64,000 bases of DNA from Octopus sinensis (Eukaryota). The stretch's first letter is position 1. The number at the start of each line of letters is the position of its first letter. Location: the NCBI RefSeq assembly GCF_006345805.1, contig NC_043002.1, forward strand, positions 84,816,001 through 84,880,000, given 5' to 3'. Under the pieces are notes generated by a model. That model did no database searches. It saw only the letters and a list, made by a program, of their open reading frames with translations, and was not told the origin of the DNA. Shown one piece after another: positions 24,093 to 37,974 of this stretch. Made by a program: the position numbers and the translations under genes.

Positions 24093-25429
24093 TCACTGAG
24101 AGTAGGACTAAGATCGTAGCGAATAAAAACCATCAATGTAATTACTATTCGATGTTTATATATATATTAGAGCTTAAAAGCTATTATATTAAGGCTAATA
24201 TGCCTTTCGTTTTGAGATAATTCAAAGAAAAATTTTTGTCATTCAACCGAAGTGGTTTAAAATAGTCAGAATATAAAAGAGATTAATATTAATCAAACAA
24301 AGACTAGTGAATGTTATCTTACGCCAACGCAACTGACTCTGTTTGTGTGTACATATGTCGACGAATACTTGTATATATTTACAATATGGCTTGTCATTTG
24401 ATATTTCTGAAGTTATTTGATAAGCATTGGAAAGTGATAGCTTGTGTACAAGGCGTTCCCATGATTAATCACATTATGGAGAGATTGGATGAATACCTTG
24501 ATGGCTTTCCTACGCAGTGATTGTTACTGATATACGTATATATACACAGTATCACATACGCATCGTCACCCACACACATAGACAGAGAGAATTGTTAAAG
24601 GGCTGATGTAATCTTTCAAATATTCAGTGAATCCCATCCTACAAAGAAACTTCTACTTTGCCCTTGGAATAACAAAAAGAAAAAAAGGGGGGAAAAGAAA
24701 AGAAAATTTCTATAAATATCTTTTAGGTGTAGCCATACACCTGTGCGTATACACAAGAACAAGATACAAATGTGTACAAACATAAATACATAGACACACA
24801 GGCACACATTCATACCCACACAAATATATATAAACACATACCGAAACACACGCACGCACGCAGCACACACCCACACACACAAGAGGAGAGTCATTTAGAG
24901 GGCCAGATAAAATGCCTTGCGTTATTTGTTCTAGCGCTTTCTGGTCTGCGTTCAAATCCCACTAAAACCAGCCTTGTCTTTCTTGCTTTCGAGATCTACA
25001 AATTAATTCCGCGAAGTTGGTGAAAGTGTTAGTGTCCCACGAAAATAACTTGTGGGTTTTTTTTTTTTTTTTTTTTTTTTTTTACCATTCTGAGTTCTTG
25101 AGTGCTAGGCTTAATCCATCGCCTGCTTCAAACATCTGCCTTGGCCTTTGGGTGCATTTAGCGGCGTCCACTCGATAACAAGCATTCGGGTCAGAGATCC
25201 GATTTGAAAGTAGCCTACTCCATTTTTCCCATCAGATTTGGAAGTTATGAAAAAAAAAAAGGGGTTGTTATGGGTGTTGCTCTTCCTTCTCTAACGAAAG
25301 GATTAAAAAAACATCCATAAACACAATATTCATCATAGCGCTGTGTTTATTCTGTTACTACTAAATACCAGAAATTATGTGCGGGTATGTATGTGTGTGT
25401 GCGTGTATGTATGTGTCTGTGTGTGTGTG

Positions 25430-25580
25430 AAGACACTAGGCCTGGTGGTTAGAGTGCTGCACTCACGAGTGCTAGATTGTGGGTTCGCTTCCCGGACCGG
25501 GCGGCACATTGTACTTACATGTTCTTGAGCAAAATACTTCAGTTTACGTTCAAATCCCAGCTGCCACGAGAACGCAACGG
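25430..25580 (+). mobile_element. SINE family C 5' fragment, diverged
   Basis: TGGTGGTTAGAGTGCTGCACTCACGA...GGGTTCGCTTCCCGGACCGGG...TTCTTGAGCAAAATACTT. Confidence 0.75.
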
Positions 25581-26423
25581 TAAACGACTCCAATATTCAT
25601 CTCAGGTCTAATCATGGTAGCCGAAGTTTCAGTAATTTATTTAACGGCGGCAGAGGAAGGTACGGTTTCTCTCAGGTCGTGTAGAGAGAGACGTGGAGAG
25701 AATTCACAGGCACATATGTATGTGTATATTATTGTACATATGTATGTACATGTATATCAGCAGTGTTTATTTTTCATACAAAATTTCTCTATGGAATATA
25801 TCCATAAATTTTAACCGTGACTGCATTTATAAATTAATGAAAGTGAACAAATACATTCGACAGTGGTAAACGTCTGTCACATATATTCTATTTGACTGTG
25901 GCCAGTAAAAGAGGAATTAGTGCGTAAGTTTGTTAGAATATCAAAGGGTATAGAACTTATTTAAGTGGTATATGCATTTTTATTCAGCTGTAACGTTACA
26001 TAAGGAACTTAAGGCTTGGGAGTTCCGTGCATTGAGCTTATGAAAGTTCGATAAGAGCACTGTACGAAACATTAGACCCTTGAATCATTTGTTAAGTTGA
26101 TAACCAAATAATATAATCACACACGCATACACACACACACACGTTGTTGCATATATTTTCCTTCACTGTAGCAAGTAAGGTCTGAATGTTTCCACCCTCC
26201 ACATATCCCAGCCTAGTGAGACGCGTTCATGGTAAGTAATAAATACTTTCAGTTATTTCCACTTCCGTGATCAGTTTAACATTAGATGGTGATTGTAGAT
26301 GAGAAGAATAACAAGGATATCTAAGAACAAACATCCTCCACAGGACTGACATGGCTGTTTTGTTCTACCGTTCTGAATTAAATGAAAACGTTTAACCTCG
26401 TAGTCGTTCGTCTGCACATCATT

Positions 26424-26834
26424 GCCATTCTTCAAAGCCACAGTCGAACCAATTCTACTATATGGCTCAGAAACCTGGACGTTATCAAAGAAGCTTGAGA
26501 AGCGGTTGGATGGAACTTACACTGGCCTCCTTATGAGAGCTCAAAATCTCTCGTGGAAGCGTCATCCAACCAAAGTACAAATATATGAGAAACTACCACC
26601 TGTATCATCTCTTATGAAAGGTAGAAGAGTCCAGTTTGCTGGACATTGTTGTAGAGCTGAAAACGAGGTAATTTCTACCCTTCTCTGGAAGCCATCTGTT
26701 CGCGATACCAGAGGGCGCACACTCTCCTACCCTGATGTAATCTCCAGGGTAATGCTATGATGAACCGTGAAGTCGGGCGTAACATAGTAAATTCCATTGT
26801 ATCGACCACGGTCGGACAATGATGATGATGATGC
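26424..26834 (+). mobile_element. 5'-truncated non-LTR retrotransposon (RTE/RTEX-like) RT C-terminus with (GAT)n tail
   Basis: FFKATVEPILLYGSETWTLSKKLEKRLDGTYTGLLMRAQNLSWK...RRVQFAGHC; tail TGATGATGATGAT at ~26820-26833. Confidence 0.88.
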
Positions 26835-27326
26835 TATTGCATGCTTGAAACCATGCGCCATTCGTCATTTTGATCGACGAAGTGATTCTCACAGAAAATT
26901 TAAACTGCGTTGTAACCTAAATCAATTGTATGACAGTCATAGAATGCTATGGCAACACAATATTCTTTATTGAAGTACCTACTTAGAACTAAGTAGTTTG
27001 AGGTATTTACGCATTAACTGATTGCTGCAAACATGACACGAGTCAGAAATCCCCACCAGTATTCCGGTATACTATCGGTCTCAACCAATTGCAACTCGCT
27101 TAAATGAAATATTCAAATGTTCAATACAAGAATTCCCCACATTATAGAAGCGATTTGTTCCTGAAGATCTAACAAGGAATTTTATAGCCTAAAATGTATT
27201 AACATTGACATCTATGTAAAATGGAAAGCAATTGCCAATAGATCTCACGTGACGGAATTGCCCGTTATAGTAAGATTTTCAGGAACATATTTCTTCTGTA
27301 ATATGGGATTTGTTTCTGATTATTAT

Positions 27327-27545
27327 ACTCTTTTACTCTTTTAGTTGTTTCAGTCATTTGACTGTGACCATGCTGGAGCACCGCTTTTAGTCGAGCAAAT
27401 TGACCCCAGGACTTATTCTTTGTAAGCCTAGTACTTATTATATCGGTCTGTTTTGCCGAACCGCTAAGTTACGGGGGCGTAAACACACCAGCATCGGTTG
27501 TCAAGCGATGCTGGGGAGACAGATACAGACACACAAACATATGCA

Positions 27546-27579
<34 letters not shown>

Positions 27580-27793
27580 ACACACACACACACACACACA
27601 TACACACACATGTATATATACACATATATACGACGGGCTTCTTTCAGCTTCCGTCTAGCAAATCCAATCACAAGGCTTTGGTCGGCCCGAGGCTATAGTA
27701 GAAGACACTTGCCCAAGGTGCCACGCAGTGGGACTGAACCCGGAACTATGTGGTTGGTAAGCAAGCTACTTACCACACAGCCACTCCTACGCC
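27327..27793 (-). mobile_element. SINE family A, full length
   Basis: Complete head (GGCGTAGGAGTGGCTGTGTGG; GGGTTCAGTCCC), internal (CA)n and TTTTACTC tail. Confidence 0.95.
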
Positions 27794-28049
27794 TATATTA
27801 TATTTGTACTTTCTGTGTCATCCGTTGGTTGCACCACTGTTTCACTTATGATCAAGGCTGGAATGCCTCTGATCAAAAGTTTGCTTAATCTGTATCAATC
27901 TGGAGCTCAACAAAACAACAATGTTAGTGAAACTAAGACTTTTCTTCAATTATAAGTAATTTTTATTTGCAAAAATATCAAATATAATTATGTAACTCCA
28001 GATTGTATAAAACAAGTAAGAAAACAAGGCAAAAGTATATAACTTGTAA

Positions 28050-28485
28050 TACAGATTTCAAATTTTGGCACAAGGCCAGCAATTTTGGGGTGCGGATAAG
28101 TCGATTACACCGACCCCAGTGATTAACTGATACTTATTTTATCGGCCCCGAAAGATAGGTCAGCCTGGGAGGAATTTGAACTTAGAATGCAAAGACGGAC
28201 GAAACGCCGCTAAGCATTTTGCTCGGCGTGCTAGCGATTCTGCTAGCTCGCTACTCTAATAACTTGTAACATTCTTTTCAAATTTTGACACAAGGCCAGC
28301 AATTTTGGGGGAGGTGATAAGCCGATTACATCGACGCCAGTGCTCAACTGACACTTATTTTAATAACCTCGAAGTATAAAAGGCAAAGTCGACCTCGGCG
28401 GGATTTGAACTTAAATCCTAAAGACGGACGAAATGGTGTTAGGCATTTTCTCTGGCGTGCTCACGACTCCGCAAACTCGCCTCCT
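28050..28485 (-). mobile_element. Two tandem SINE B copies
   Basis: TTTCAAATTTTG(G/A)CACAAGGCCAGCAATTTTGGGG repeated about 220 bp apart, each followed by the SINE B body. Confidence 0.88.
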
Positions 28486-28681
28486 TGATAGCCGGCAATA
28501 TAAATAACATTAAGTTATCGAATCAGGACAATAACACAACTGGAATGCTGAGACTTGGTTCACCGTAGACTCATTTACCGTCCGTATGAAACCCAACAGT
28601 TAATGATTTCATATTCTTTATAGGTGATACGAAACGTTAAGAAGGAATAATCGCGAGGTGGTGAAAGAAATGGATAAACAC

Positions 28682-29054
28682 AGGTGCAGGCGTTTCTGTG
28701 CGGTAAGAAGCTTGCTTCCCAACCACATAGTTCCAGCGCGGCACAGCACTTTGGCAAGTGTGGGCAGACCAAAAGCCTTGTAAGTAGCTTTGGTAGACGG
28801 AAACTGAAAGAATCCCATCGTGTGTGTATCTATATATATATATATGTGGAGGAGCAATGGCCCAGTGGTTAGGGCAGCGGACTCGTGGTCGTAGGATCGC
28901 GGTTTCGATTCCCAGACCGGGCGTTGTGAGTGTTTATTGAGCGAAAACACCTAAAGCTCCACGAGGCCCCGGCAGGGGGTGGTGGAGATCCCTGCTGTAC
29001 TCTTTCGCCACAACTTTCTCTCACTCTTTCGTCTGTTGGCCTGCTCGCTTAGCC
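28682..29054 (+). mobile_element. SINE A 5' fragment (28682-28820) and SINE D 5' part (28848-29054), followed by (ACAT)n
   Basis: GGTAGACGGAAACTGAAAGAA; TGGCCCAGTGGTTAGGGCAGCGGACTCG; ends in CTGTTGGCCTGCTCGCTTAGCC. Confidence 0.85.
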
Positions 29055-29169
29055 ACATACATACATACATACATACATACATACATACATACATACATAC
29101 ATACATACATACATACATACATACATACATACATACATACATACATACATACATACATACATACATACA

Positions 29170-29202
<33 letters not shown>

Positions 29203-29472
29203 TTGTGTGTGTGTGTTAATAGAATAGAAGTTACAGTTGGCTTTCTAAAGTGAAATCTACAATAAAGACGTAAGTTTCGCTATACGTATTTTTTGTTGTC
29301 AATTACTCTGAATTTCTTGAAATTCTAAAGGTTACTTGGATCTACTTGTCATTCTACATACATCAACTGGTGCCAGATTGTTCGATATTGTCAACCAAAT
29401 TCTTTTAAAACTGAGTAATTTATTGATGTCTGCATGGATATTTTAATCCCTTTTTCTTCTAATTACACACAC

Positions 29473-29519
<47 letters not shown>

Positions 29520-29595
29520 TACACACACACACACACACACACACACAATATCATTGAAATCAGTACCAATATTTCCGAAAATGTATGTTAACACA

Positions 29596-30270
29596 ACGTT
29601 ATCAAGGCCATCAGCTTCGTTTGATGAATTTTGCTTCTTCGACTGTGTTTTGGTGACTCGTCTTTGTCTAACCATTGTGCTGAACGTTTACGGTTGTTGT
29701 ATTGGATCCATTTCTCATTTCGTTACAATTCAATTCAAAGATGATTAATTTTTGTGACGAGAAAGTAGCATAATGCAGGCTTCCAAACGTTGCTATTTCT
29801 GATTTTCATTGAGTTCATGTGGAACCCACTTATCCAACTTTTTCACTTTACCGATTTGAACTAGGTGAATCAATATTGTTTACAAGCTAACAGCAAACAA
29901 CAACGATAATTCATGGGCACTTTGAGGTGGATCTGACACGACGGTGACTTTCAGCTCGTCGTTATCCACCTTTGTTTCTGGTCGACCACGTTGCTCATTT
30001 GTGAAGTCAGTTAACAGAACGAAATTTTGTAAACCAATGTGATACTGCCTGTTGTGTAATACCATTAGAATGAAATACCTTATTAGTATTCTGAGTTGTC
30101 TGTAAAGGTGTATTTCCAAGAAAGAGCTCATATTTCAAGACTGTACGAACTTCCATCTCCAAACAAAAATCGTAAAAAACGATTTATAAATACTTTATAA
30201 AGCGCAAAATGAACAGCTATCAAAGTTTACCACATACCTTACTACAAATTTAATACTTGACGACCTAATA
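29596..30270 (-). mobile_element. Mariner element, 5' two-thirds, degraded
   Basis: TIR TA-TTAGGTCGTCAAGTATTAAAT at 30270; MEVRTVLKYELFLG...WFTKFRS..RGRPETKVDNDELK...IGKVKKLDKWVPHELNENQ...NEKWIQYNNRKRSAQWLD (ATG at 30156); stops present. Confidence 0.9.
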
Positions 30271-30679
30271 TATATATATATGTGTGTGTGTGTGTATGTA
30301 TATACATACAGACAAGTCCAATAAACAGCTGGCACAACACTGCTAAGCCTCTCACCTTCATAGCCAAATTGTCCAGAAACAAACAGCGGCAACATCATTT
30401 CCGACTTCGTAACGAGGCAGGTGTTGATAAACAAGTGCATAGATGCACGTATAGTCATACAAAAACATACACTGCCAAATTACATACACACGAATATACA
30501 TATATATGCATGCTTATATACTGGCATTTATAAATGCACAAGCAAACACAAAAACAATAATCGAAGTAAAATACAAGCGGCCCGATGTTGTTTTATGAAA
30601 TCACAATATAAAAAAAAAGTTACCCTGTTGTGGAAATCCCTACTGATCTACCAGTCATGTGACGAAAATAATCAGCAAA

Positions 30680-30927
30680 AGAAAGGACCCACCTGTAGAG
30701 AAATACCTATTTCTTTACTACCCACAAGGGGCTAAACACAGAGGGGACAAACAAGGACAGACAAACAAGGACAGACCAGTGCGTAACTGGTACTTAATTT
30801 ATCGACCTCGAAAGGATGAAAGGCAAAGTCGACCTAGGCGGAATTTGAACTCAGAACGTAACGGTAGACGAAATACGGCAAAGCATTTCGCCCGGCGTGC
30901 TAACGTTTCTGCCAGTTCGCCGCCTTA
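30680..30927 (-). mobile_element. SINE family B, full length
   Basis: AAGGATGAAAGGCAAAGTCGACCTAGGCGGAATTTGAACTCAGAACG...CTGCCAGTTCGCCGCC. Confidence 0.92.
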
Positions 30928-30956
30928 TAGAGAAATACCATTTCAGCTTATATACA

Positions 30957-31172
30957 TACAGGTTTGGCCAAAAGTCACCCGACAGTAAATCAAACTTCCA
31001 TAAATGCTGTCTGTAATTCTGTATTGACTCGAATAGAAAACTGCGTTGCTCAATGAACAATTTTCACGATGTTTCATAAACACATGCTTTTAGTAAATTT
31101 ATTCTGTTGTTAAACATAAGTGAAACTTGGAATTAAATAGTTTTAATTTACTGTCGGGTGACTTTTGGCCAA
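30957..31172 (+). mobile_element. Tc1/mariner-derived MITE (internal deletion derivative)
   Basis: TA-CAGGTTTGGCCAAAAGTCACCCGACAGTAAAT ... ATTTACTGTCGGGTGACTTTTGGCCAA; short C-terminal remnant AVCNSVLTRIENCVAQ. Confidence 0.8.
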
Positions 31173-31362
31173 TTTTTTTTTTATGTCAGGCTTTCACACT
31201 GCTCCGTCTCCGAAATTCTCTCATAAAAGTATTTGTTGAACGAGGTTAACAATACAAGATAGTCACTCAAGGTGCGACGCAGTGGGACTGAACCTGAAAA
31301 CCTGTTTCTGAAGCGAACCTGACAACCACATAACCTTGATATATATATATATATATATATAT

Positions 31363-31768
31363 ATAACAATCAAGGAACGGCCATGATAGGCCTTCACCCA
31401 CTAGAATAACAGCCAAAGCTTCAACCGCAAATAAATTATTCGTAAACAGAGAAAATTTAAAAACATTTACCTGTACTTTCTTGTACGATGCCCGTTCATC
31501 TGCTGTTTATGGTAAACTACCTGATTAATTAATCAAGCCAATCTTCCATAGGCCCTCATTCTTCAGCAAGAAATAGCCAAGTCGGACATATTTTCACGAG
31601 GCATTTCGATACGGTAAGCTTTGGCTGTTATTTCTATGGTGAATGGCCTATCATGGCCGTTCCTTGATTGTTATGTGAACTTAAATGGTCTATGACTATT
31701 AATTTTTTCCCACTAGGCCGCTGGTGGCAAAAAGAATTCTCAAATTTTTTTTGCCCCTATATTGATTA

Positions 31769-31770
<2 letters not shown>
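31363..31770. mobile_element. Second copy of the 6137-6565 PLE-end family, with a 59-bp inverted duplication
   Basis: 31363-31421 is the imperfect reverse complement of 31616-31674. Confidence 0.7.
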
Positions 31771-31811
<41 letters not shown>

Positions 31812-32188
31812 CATAGGTATGTATGACTGAGTTATATGTTATGGGTGCTTTATATACATACATACATACTACAACATACTACATACATACTTACATACAT
31901 ATTACATATTACATACATACATACATACAACATATATATAATATATATATATAATATATATATATATTATATAACTTGACGGTACGATCCATCTAAATTG
32001 CCAACGCATGGTCTTACACAATCTGTCACTATTACTTAAACAGTAATGAACTTCTTGATCTTTACTTCTTTCTTCATTTACAAATCTGATCGATTCGGTT
32101 CACTGAACACAATATAGAATTCCATAGTTTATCTCATGTTACATTGTTGTAACGTCCTCTATTAGGATATACTACGTGCATGCGTACG

Positions 32189-32236
<48 letters not shown>

Positions 32237-32262
32237 ACTGTATGTGAGTGTATAACTACAAA

Positions 32263-32307
<45 letters not shown>

Positions 32308-32472
32308 TATACACATATATATATATATATATATACATATATCATACTGTATATATGTATATAGTATATATAAATATATATATATATTATATATATATAT
32401 ATATATATATGTATGTCTGTATGTGAGTGTATATACATATATAAATATATATATATACATATACATAAACAT

Positions 32473-32509
<37 letters not shown>

Positions 32510-33309
32510 AGCACATTTGGTTTACAACGACAAAAAAGAGAACTCCGTGCGCAAATTAGAGTACATATTTATGATTTTTTTCAATTACCAAAGAATACTA
32601 TTGGTGTTAGTCAGAGTCCAATAGCAACTATACTATTAAACAATTACATAAACATATACAGGGGTGGGTGGGTGTTAAGCAGCTTACTTCTTAACCGTAT
32701 GGCTCTGGGTTCAGTCCCACTGCGTGGCACCTTTAATTTAGTGTTTATATATTTCATGTACGGACCGTAAAGAAGCACTTTTTATGCATTAATGTATTAT
32801 CCCTTAATGGGTGTGCTTTTTTTTTTAGAAAGTGTGTATGTACGAGTTAATGATGATGATGATGATGCCTGTGTGTGTGTATTGATAATAATTTAAGGTG
32901 TTAGAAGTAGACGTTGTCGTTACAGTAGTGCATTACAACTACTGAGGCATTTCGCGTGTCAGCGATTCGGTTCACGTGGCTTCGGGCTCCACCGTGGCAG
33001 ACCGATCCAATTTATGTTGATACACGACGCCTGTTGATTAAAAACAAGCCTTCATTTGACTGGTGGTTTGTTTTAACGATCCCGGAAAAGATTGACATGT
33101 TAAAAAGCTAGCCTCTACAGAATTTGAACGTAAAGAGCCGGAACAAATACCGCCATATTGATTTTGGCTAGTCCATGTTCAAACAAGCTCATAAAAAGCA
33201 AACATTATTTTCACCATTTGATAAAATATTCCGTTTCATAATTATGATTAATAGTAATATTCAAGGCAATTCTTAAAAAGTAGATTATGTAATTATGTGT
33301 GTGTGCGTG

Positions 33310-34176
33310 TACGAGGTGGTATCAAAAGATTCTCGGACTAGTTATGTTTAGTAAAAAATAACTTATTTACCAAAGTTTTAACACCATCTCCTTCGAAATA
33401 GTTACCTTGCGCAGTAATACATCGGTCCCAGCTTTCCTGCCACGTTTGTAATTCGGCCTGGAAATTATTTTCCGTAAGCGAGTCGAAGACCTTCTGCGAT
33501 TCGGTCTGGATCTCGACAACGCTGTTAAAATGGTGACCTTTCAGCTGCTAAATCTAGCGAATAGAGCGGATGTAGAAGCGATACCTTTGAGGTGGGTGGT
33601 GTGGGGTGTGGTGAGAAATGTACGAGTGAGGAGAACGATGAAGGATCCAATTCTTCGCGCTCCACACATCCGGTCACTTTCACCGAATGCCCTCCCTCAA
33701 AACTTTACAGTAGAACTCTCGATTGAGGGTCTAGCCCTGGGGGACGAATTCTCGATGCACAATGTCACATTTCCGGGGGTGACGGTCGTGGCAGGTCTTC
33801 CAGATCGCTCGTCGTCTTCCAGGAAAGTTCTTCCGTTTTTAAAGCGCCCGTGCCACTCGAAGCATAGCATACGATCCGTTGCCTCATCACCGTAAGCTTG
33901 CTGAAGCATGCTCAATGTCTCTGTAGCAGACTTCCAGAGTTTAACGCAAAATTTCATGTTGGTTCTTTGTTCCCGCCAATGACAAAACCCCAGACTACAA
34001 CATACACATGATCTCAAAAACATAAACTTCACAACTTCTGAAGTAAACGCAGCGATGTCACTCAGCACACTGCCTTATGAAGGTCACTGCTAGCTGTCAT
34101 TGCGCAGGTAACCTTGTGCTGCCATCTCTTGGCGCGCTACAAAACTAGTCCCGGAACTCTTTTATTTCACCTAGTA
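33310..34176 (-). mobile_element. Internally deleted mariner (Mos1-like) with both TIRs and TA TSD
   Basis: TIRs CGAGGTGGTATCAAAAGATTCTCGGACTAGT / ACTAGTCCCGGAACTCTTTTATTTCACCTAG; EQRTNMKFCVKLWKSATETLSMLQQAYGDEA...FEWHGRFKNGRTFLEDDERSGRP; C-terminal WDRCITAQGNYFEGD. Confidence 0.92.
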
Positions 34177-34185
34177 TGTATACGC

Positions 34186-34226
<41 letters not shown>

Positions 34227-34753
34227 TATATGTGTGTACGCGCGTGTGTATGTGTGTATATATGTATGTATACATATATATAATAGCTCCATTTAACAAG
34301 ACCAATAATGAAATAACAGATGCACAAAAGTAATGTAGATGTTCAGTATGATCGTCCATACAAATATAATTTGCAGAACTACACACCTGCCATCAACACG
34401 AGGTCGAATGTGCCTGCAGTTCTATCTATTACACTTATGGTTATTTTTCCAAAGTCTTTGTTTTGGCGCGCTAAATTACCGGAAATAATACTGCATAAAA
34501 TAATTTACTGCCGTAGCCTTTGCCGGATCTACAGATAAATTGCGTAAGTAAAATTACGTAATTTGTTGATAGTGAAACATTTGTTTATGATTAATCTATA
34601 TTTTTGTTACTTTTCATTTGCCTTGCTCGCTTACATTTCTGGTGTTTGCTAAATTTTCTAGAGAACAATTCTTAGTGGTAAGATCATAGCGGATCTTCTA
34701 GCGTAAGGGTTTCCACATAGTTGTAATTCCCTCTTATATGTATATATATATAT

Positions 34754-34816
<63 letters not shown>

Positions 34817-34857
34817 AGTGTGTGTGGTGTGTGTATGTTGTTATGTATTTATGTGTC

Positions 34858-35284
34858 TATGTTTGTCTTCCCACCATCGCTTGACAACCGATGTTGTGTG
34901 TTTATGTCCCCGTAACTTTGCGGTTCAGCAAAAGAGAACCGATAGAAAATATACTAGGCTTACAAAGAATAAGTCCTGGGATCGATTTGTTCGATTAAAG
35001 CAGTGCTCCAGCATAGCCGCAGTCAAATGACTGAAACAAGTAAAAAAATAAAAGGATACGTGTATGTATATATATATATGTATATGTATGTATGTATATG
35101 TTTGTATATCTTTTAAATTTATTTACGAGAAAATTTTTTTAATTTGCAATTAAAGGTCCCATACTATTATGCCGGCTACAGTCTAATACAGTCCAATGAT
35201 GCTGGCTGGTGTACAAGTTTTTTGGGTTTCACCGAGCTGTACCGATATAATTTGTATATATATATATATATCTATAAATACACA

Positions 35285-35370
<86 letters not shown>

Positions 35371-35850
35371 TAGCAGATACACTCGGCCTTGTACGGAATT
35401 AAAATGACATAGCCTTTTTATTGTTTTACTTGTTTCAGTCATGTGACTTCGGCCATGCTGGAGCACCGCTGTTGGTCGAACAAATCGATCCCAGGATTTA
35501 TTTTTCGTAAGCCTAGTACTTATTCTATCAGAGTCTTTTACCGAACTGCTAAGCTATGGGAATCTAAACACAACATCGGTTGTCAAGCAATGGTGGAGGT
35601 ACAAACACACAAATACACACACACACACACAAATACACACACACACGCGCGCGCGCACACACACACACACACAAATACACACACATATGCACACACACAC
35701 ACACGCACACACACACAAATACACACACACACAAATACACACACACACATACACGCACACACACATAAATATATATACTTGATATCTTGTTTTAGCTCCG
35801 TCATCCAAATCCACTGACTCAACCTTGGTCGGCCGAAGGCTATAGTAGAA
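34858..35850. mobile_element. Two SINE A copies (+ 3' half 34858-35050; - 35415-35850)
   Basis: CATCGCTTGACAACCGATG and GCTCCAGCAT(A/G)GCCG motifs. Confidence 0.88.
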
Positions 35851-35968
35851 GTTGCACACACATATACATATATATATCATATAGATATCTATATATACAT
35901 ATATAATATATATACATGCATACCACACACACACACACACACACATATATATAAATATATATATATAT

Positions 35969-36091
35969 ATCTCACCGTGTCACCGTGACCGACCAGGCTA
36001 TCAGATGTTGGTACACATCGCTAGTCACAATGTGCTTTGCATTGTTTTAGCTTTCAAGTGACGCCACCCCGCTGGCTAAGCGAGCAGGTCA
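35969..36091 (-). mobile_element. ~120-bp structured repeat (family E)
   Basis: Homologous to 62431-62549; its 5' end matches the tail of the SINE D copy at 29031-29054. Confidence 0.85.
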
Positions 36092-36625
36092 ATATATATA
36101 TATATATATATATACATATACTCACATATATATACATATACACGTACATATATATATATACATATACATCTATACACACGCACACACACACACACATATA
36201 TATAAATTAAGAAATGGAGTTAAACGCAGGTTTTAAGTTTTTTTTATATAAAATAGCTTGCCAGCGTTCCACTTCATCAAATACTCGGTAATCACATTCG
36301 GTTAAAATGGCTTATTGATCTGTTTTGTTTTCTTTTTTTTTTCCTGACGAGATGGTCGCATTGTTTTACATCATTTTATTCTCACCGGAATAAGATCAAT
36401 GTTTTCTTCGAAACATATGTCGGAAGTATGAAGATTTGAATAAAAACTGAGTTTAATTCCATTTCTTAATTTATCTATGTTATACAAGAACATTTCACTT
36501 AACTCTGAAATTTCAACCTTTATGAGTAGTCTGTAACATCCTTGGCATTTATGTGAATTTTCGCGAACCTGGTAACTATTTTTTTCCGTATTTATTAATT
36601 GTACACATGAAAATATACACATATA

Positions 36626-36678
<53 letters not shown>

Positions 36679-36849
36679 TACATATATACATACGGTGCCC
36701 CCAGCATGGCCACAGCTCGTGAGCTGAAACTAGATAAAATAAATATACATATATACATATGCATATATATGCACATATATACATAATGTATACACACACA
36801 TATATGTATACATACATATACATGCATGCATGTACATACATATACATGC

Positions 36850-36880
<31 letters not shown>

Positions 36881-37059
36881 TCATAGTAAAAGTGATAGAA
36901 ATTAAACTAATATATAGCGAACTAACATAGCGAAAGTATTAATAGTTTCATTATTAATATTGAAAGTATTATCTCACATTACAATAGAGATGTAATTGTA
37001 TCACTTTTGACACGTAATACTGAAATAGTGTAAGAGAGAAGTGATTGCTCCAGACTCGC

Positions 37060-37175
37060 ATTAGGCAAGAAATTGAAAATTATTTTGGCCTATGACACTG
37101 TGCAAAGGCATGTGCAAAGTTTGAATGAAATCGGTTGGGTAGTTCTTGAGTTTTAGTGACGCACACACACACCAC
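37060..37175 (+). mobile_element. Possible Helitron/Helentron-type non-autonomous fragment
   Basis: GTGCAAAGTTTGAATGAAATCGGTTGGGTAGTTCTTGAGTT followed by (CA)n, similar in style to 58955-59316. Confidence 0.35.
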
Positions 37176-37974
37176 ACACACATATATATGAAGTGCTGTT
37201 GCTGTTCTTGTTGTTTAATCCCAGGCCAGCCCTGATCAAATTCATGGATAGCTGTCAAATGATAGTGTAATGTATAGATGCATAGTGTCAGATATACTAT
37301 GTGTCTGTCTAGGCAAGGATAAAAATGCATATTCCCCTCTGCAGTGGTTAATAGTGCAGAACAGGGATGGTAAGCATATGCCCAGAACCGATTCGTGGCA
37401 TTGTTTACTTAGGTCGTCGGAGTAAATATTTTAAAATATTCTCTAACATATACGTAGCGTACTCCTATAGTCAGTAAGCATAGGGTGACAGTTCTTTGTA
37501 GATCAAGTTGAGTTCGCATAAATGTGCTGAGGGTTGGAACCCAGTTTATGTTGTCATTAATATCAGTTCCAAATTATCAAATTAGTGTAAGTTACGAAAC
37601 TTATTACCACAACCATTACAAAACACAAGCTTAATAATCCATATCGTATAAATTGTGACCTTTCGCTTTGTTTATATACGCCCAGCCAAACGGAAGTTAT
37701 CTTTTTCCTGTATGCGTTTATCCGAATGGATTCAAGTGGTATAAACGAGGTTGAAATCTGTTACAGCTGCAACAATGCAAGCTTTCTATAAAGCATTGGT
37801 CTCCTCGAAAACTTTATGTATTCATTTCAACAATTTCTATCTCCTTTCTCACTCTAAGACCATGTACATAAGTTTTTCACACACATCTATGCACACAAGC
37901 TTTGCTAATACCTCTTATCCTTACCTTATTGTTAATTACTAACTATCCGCCGGCAACATTGGTTGTTCCTTGTA

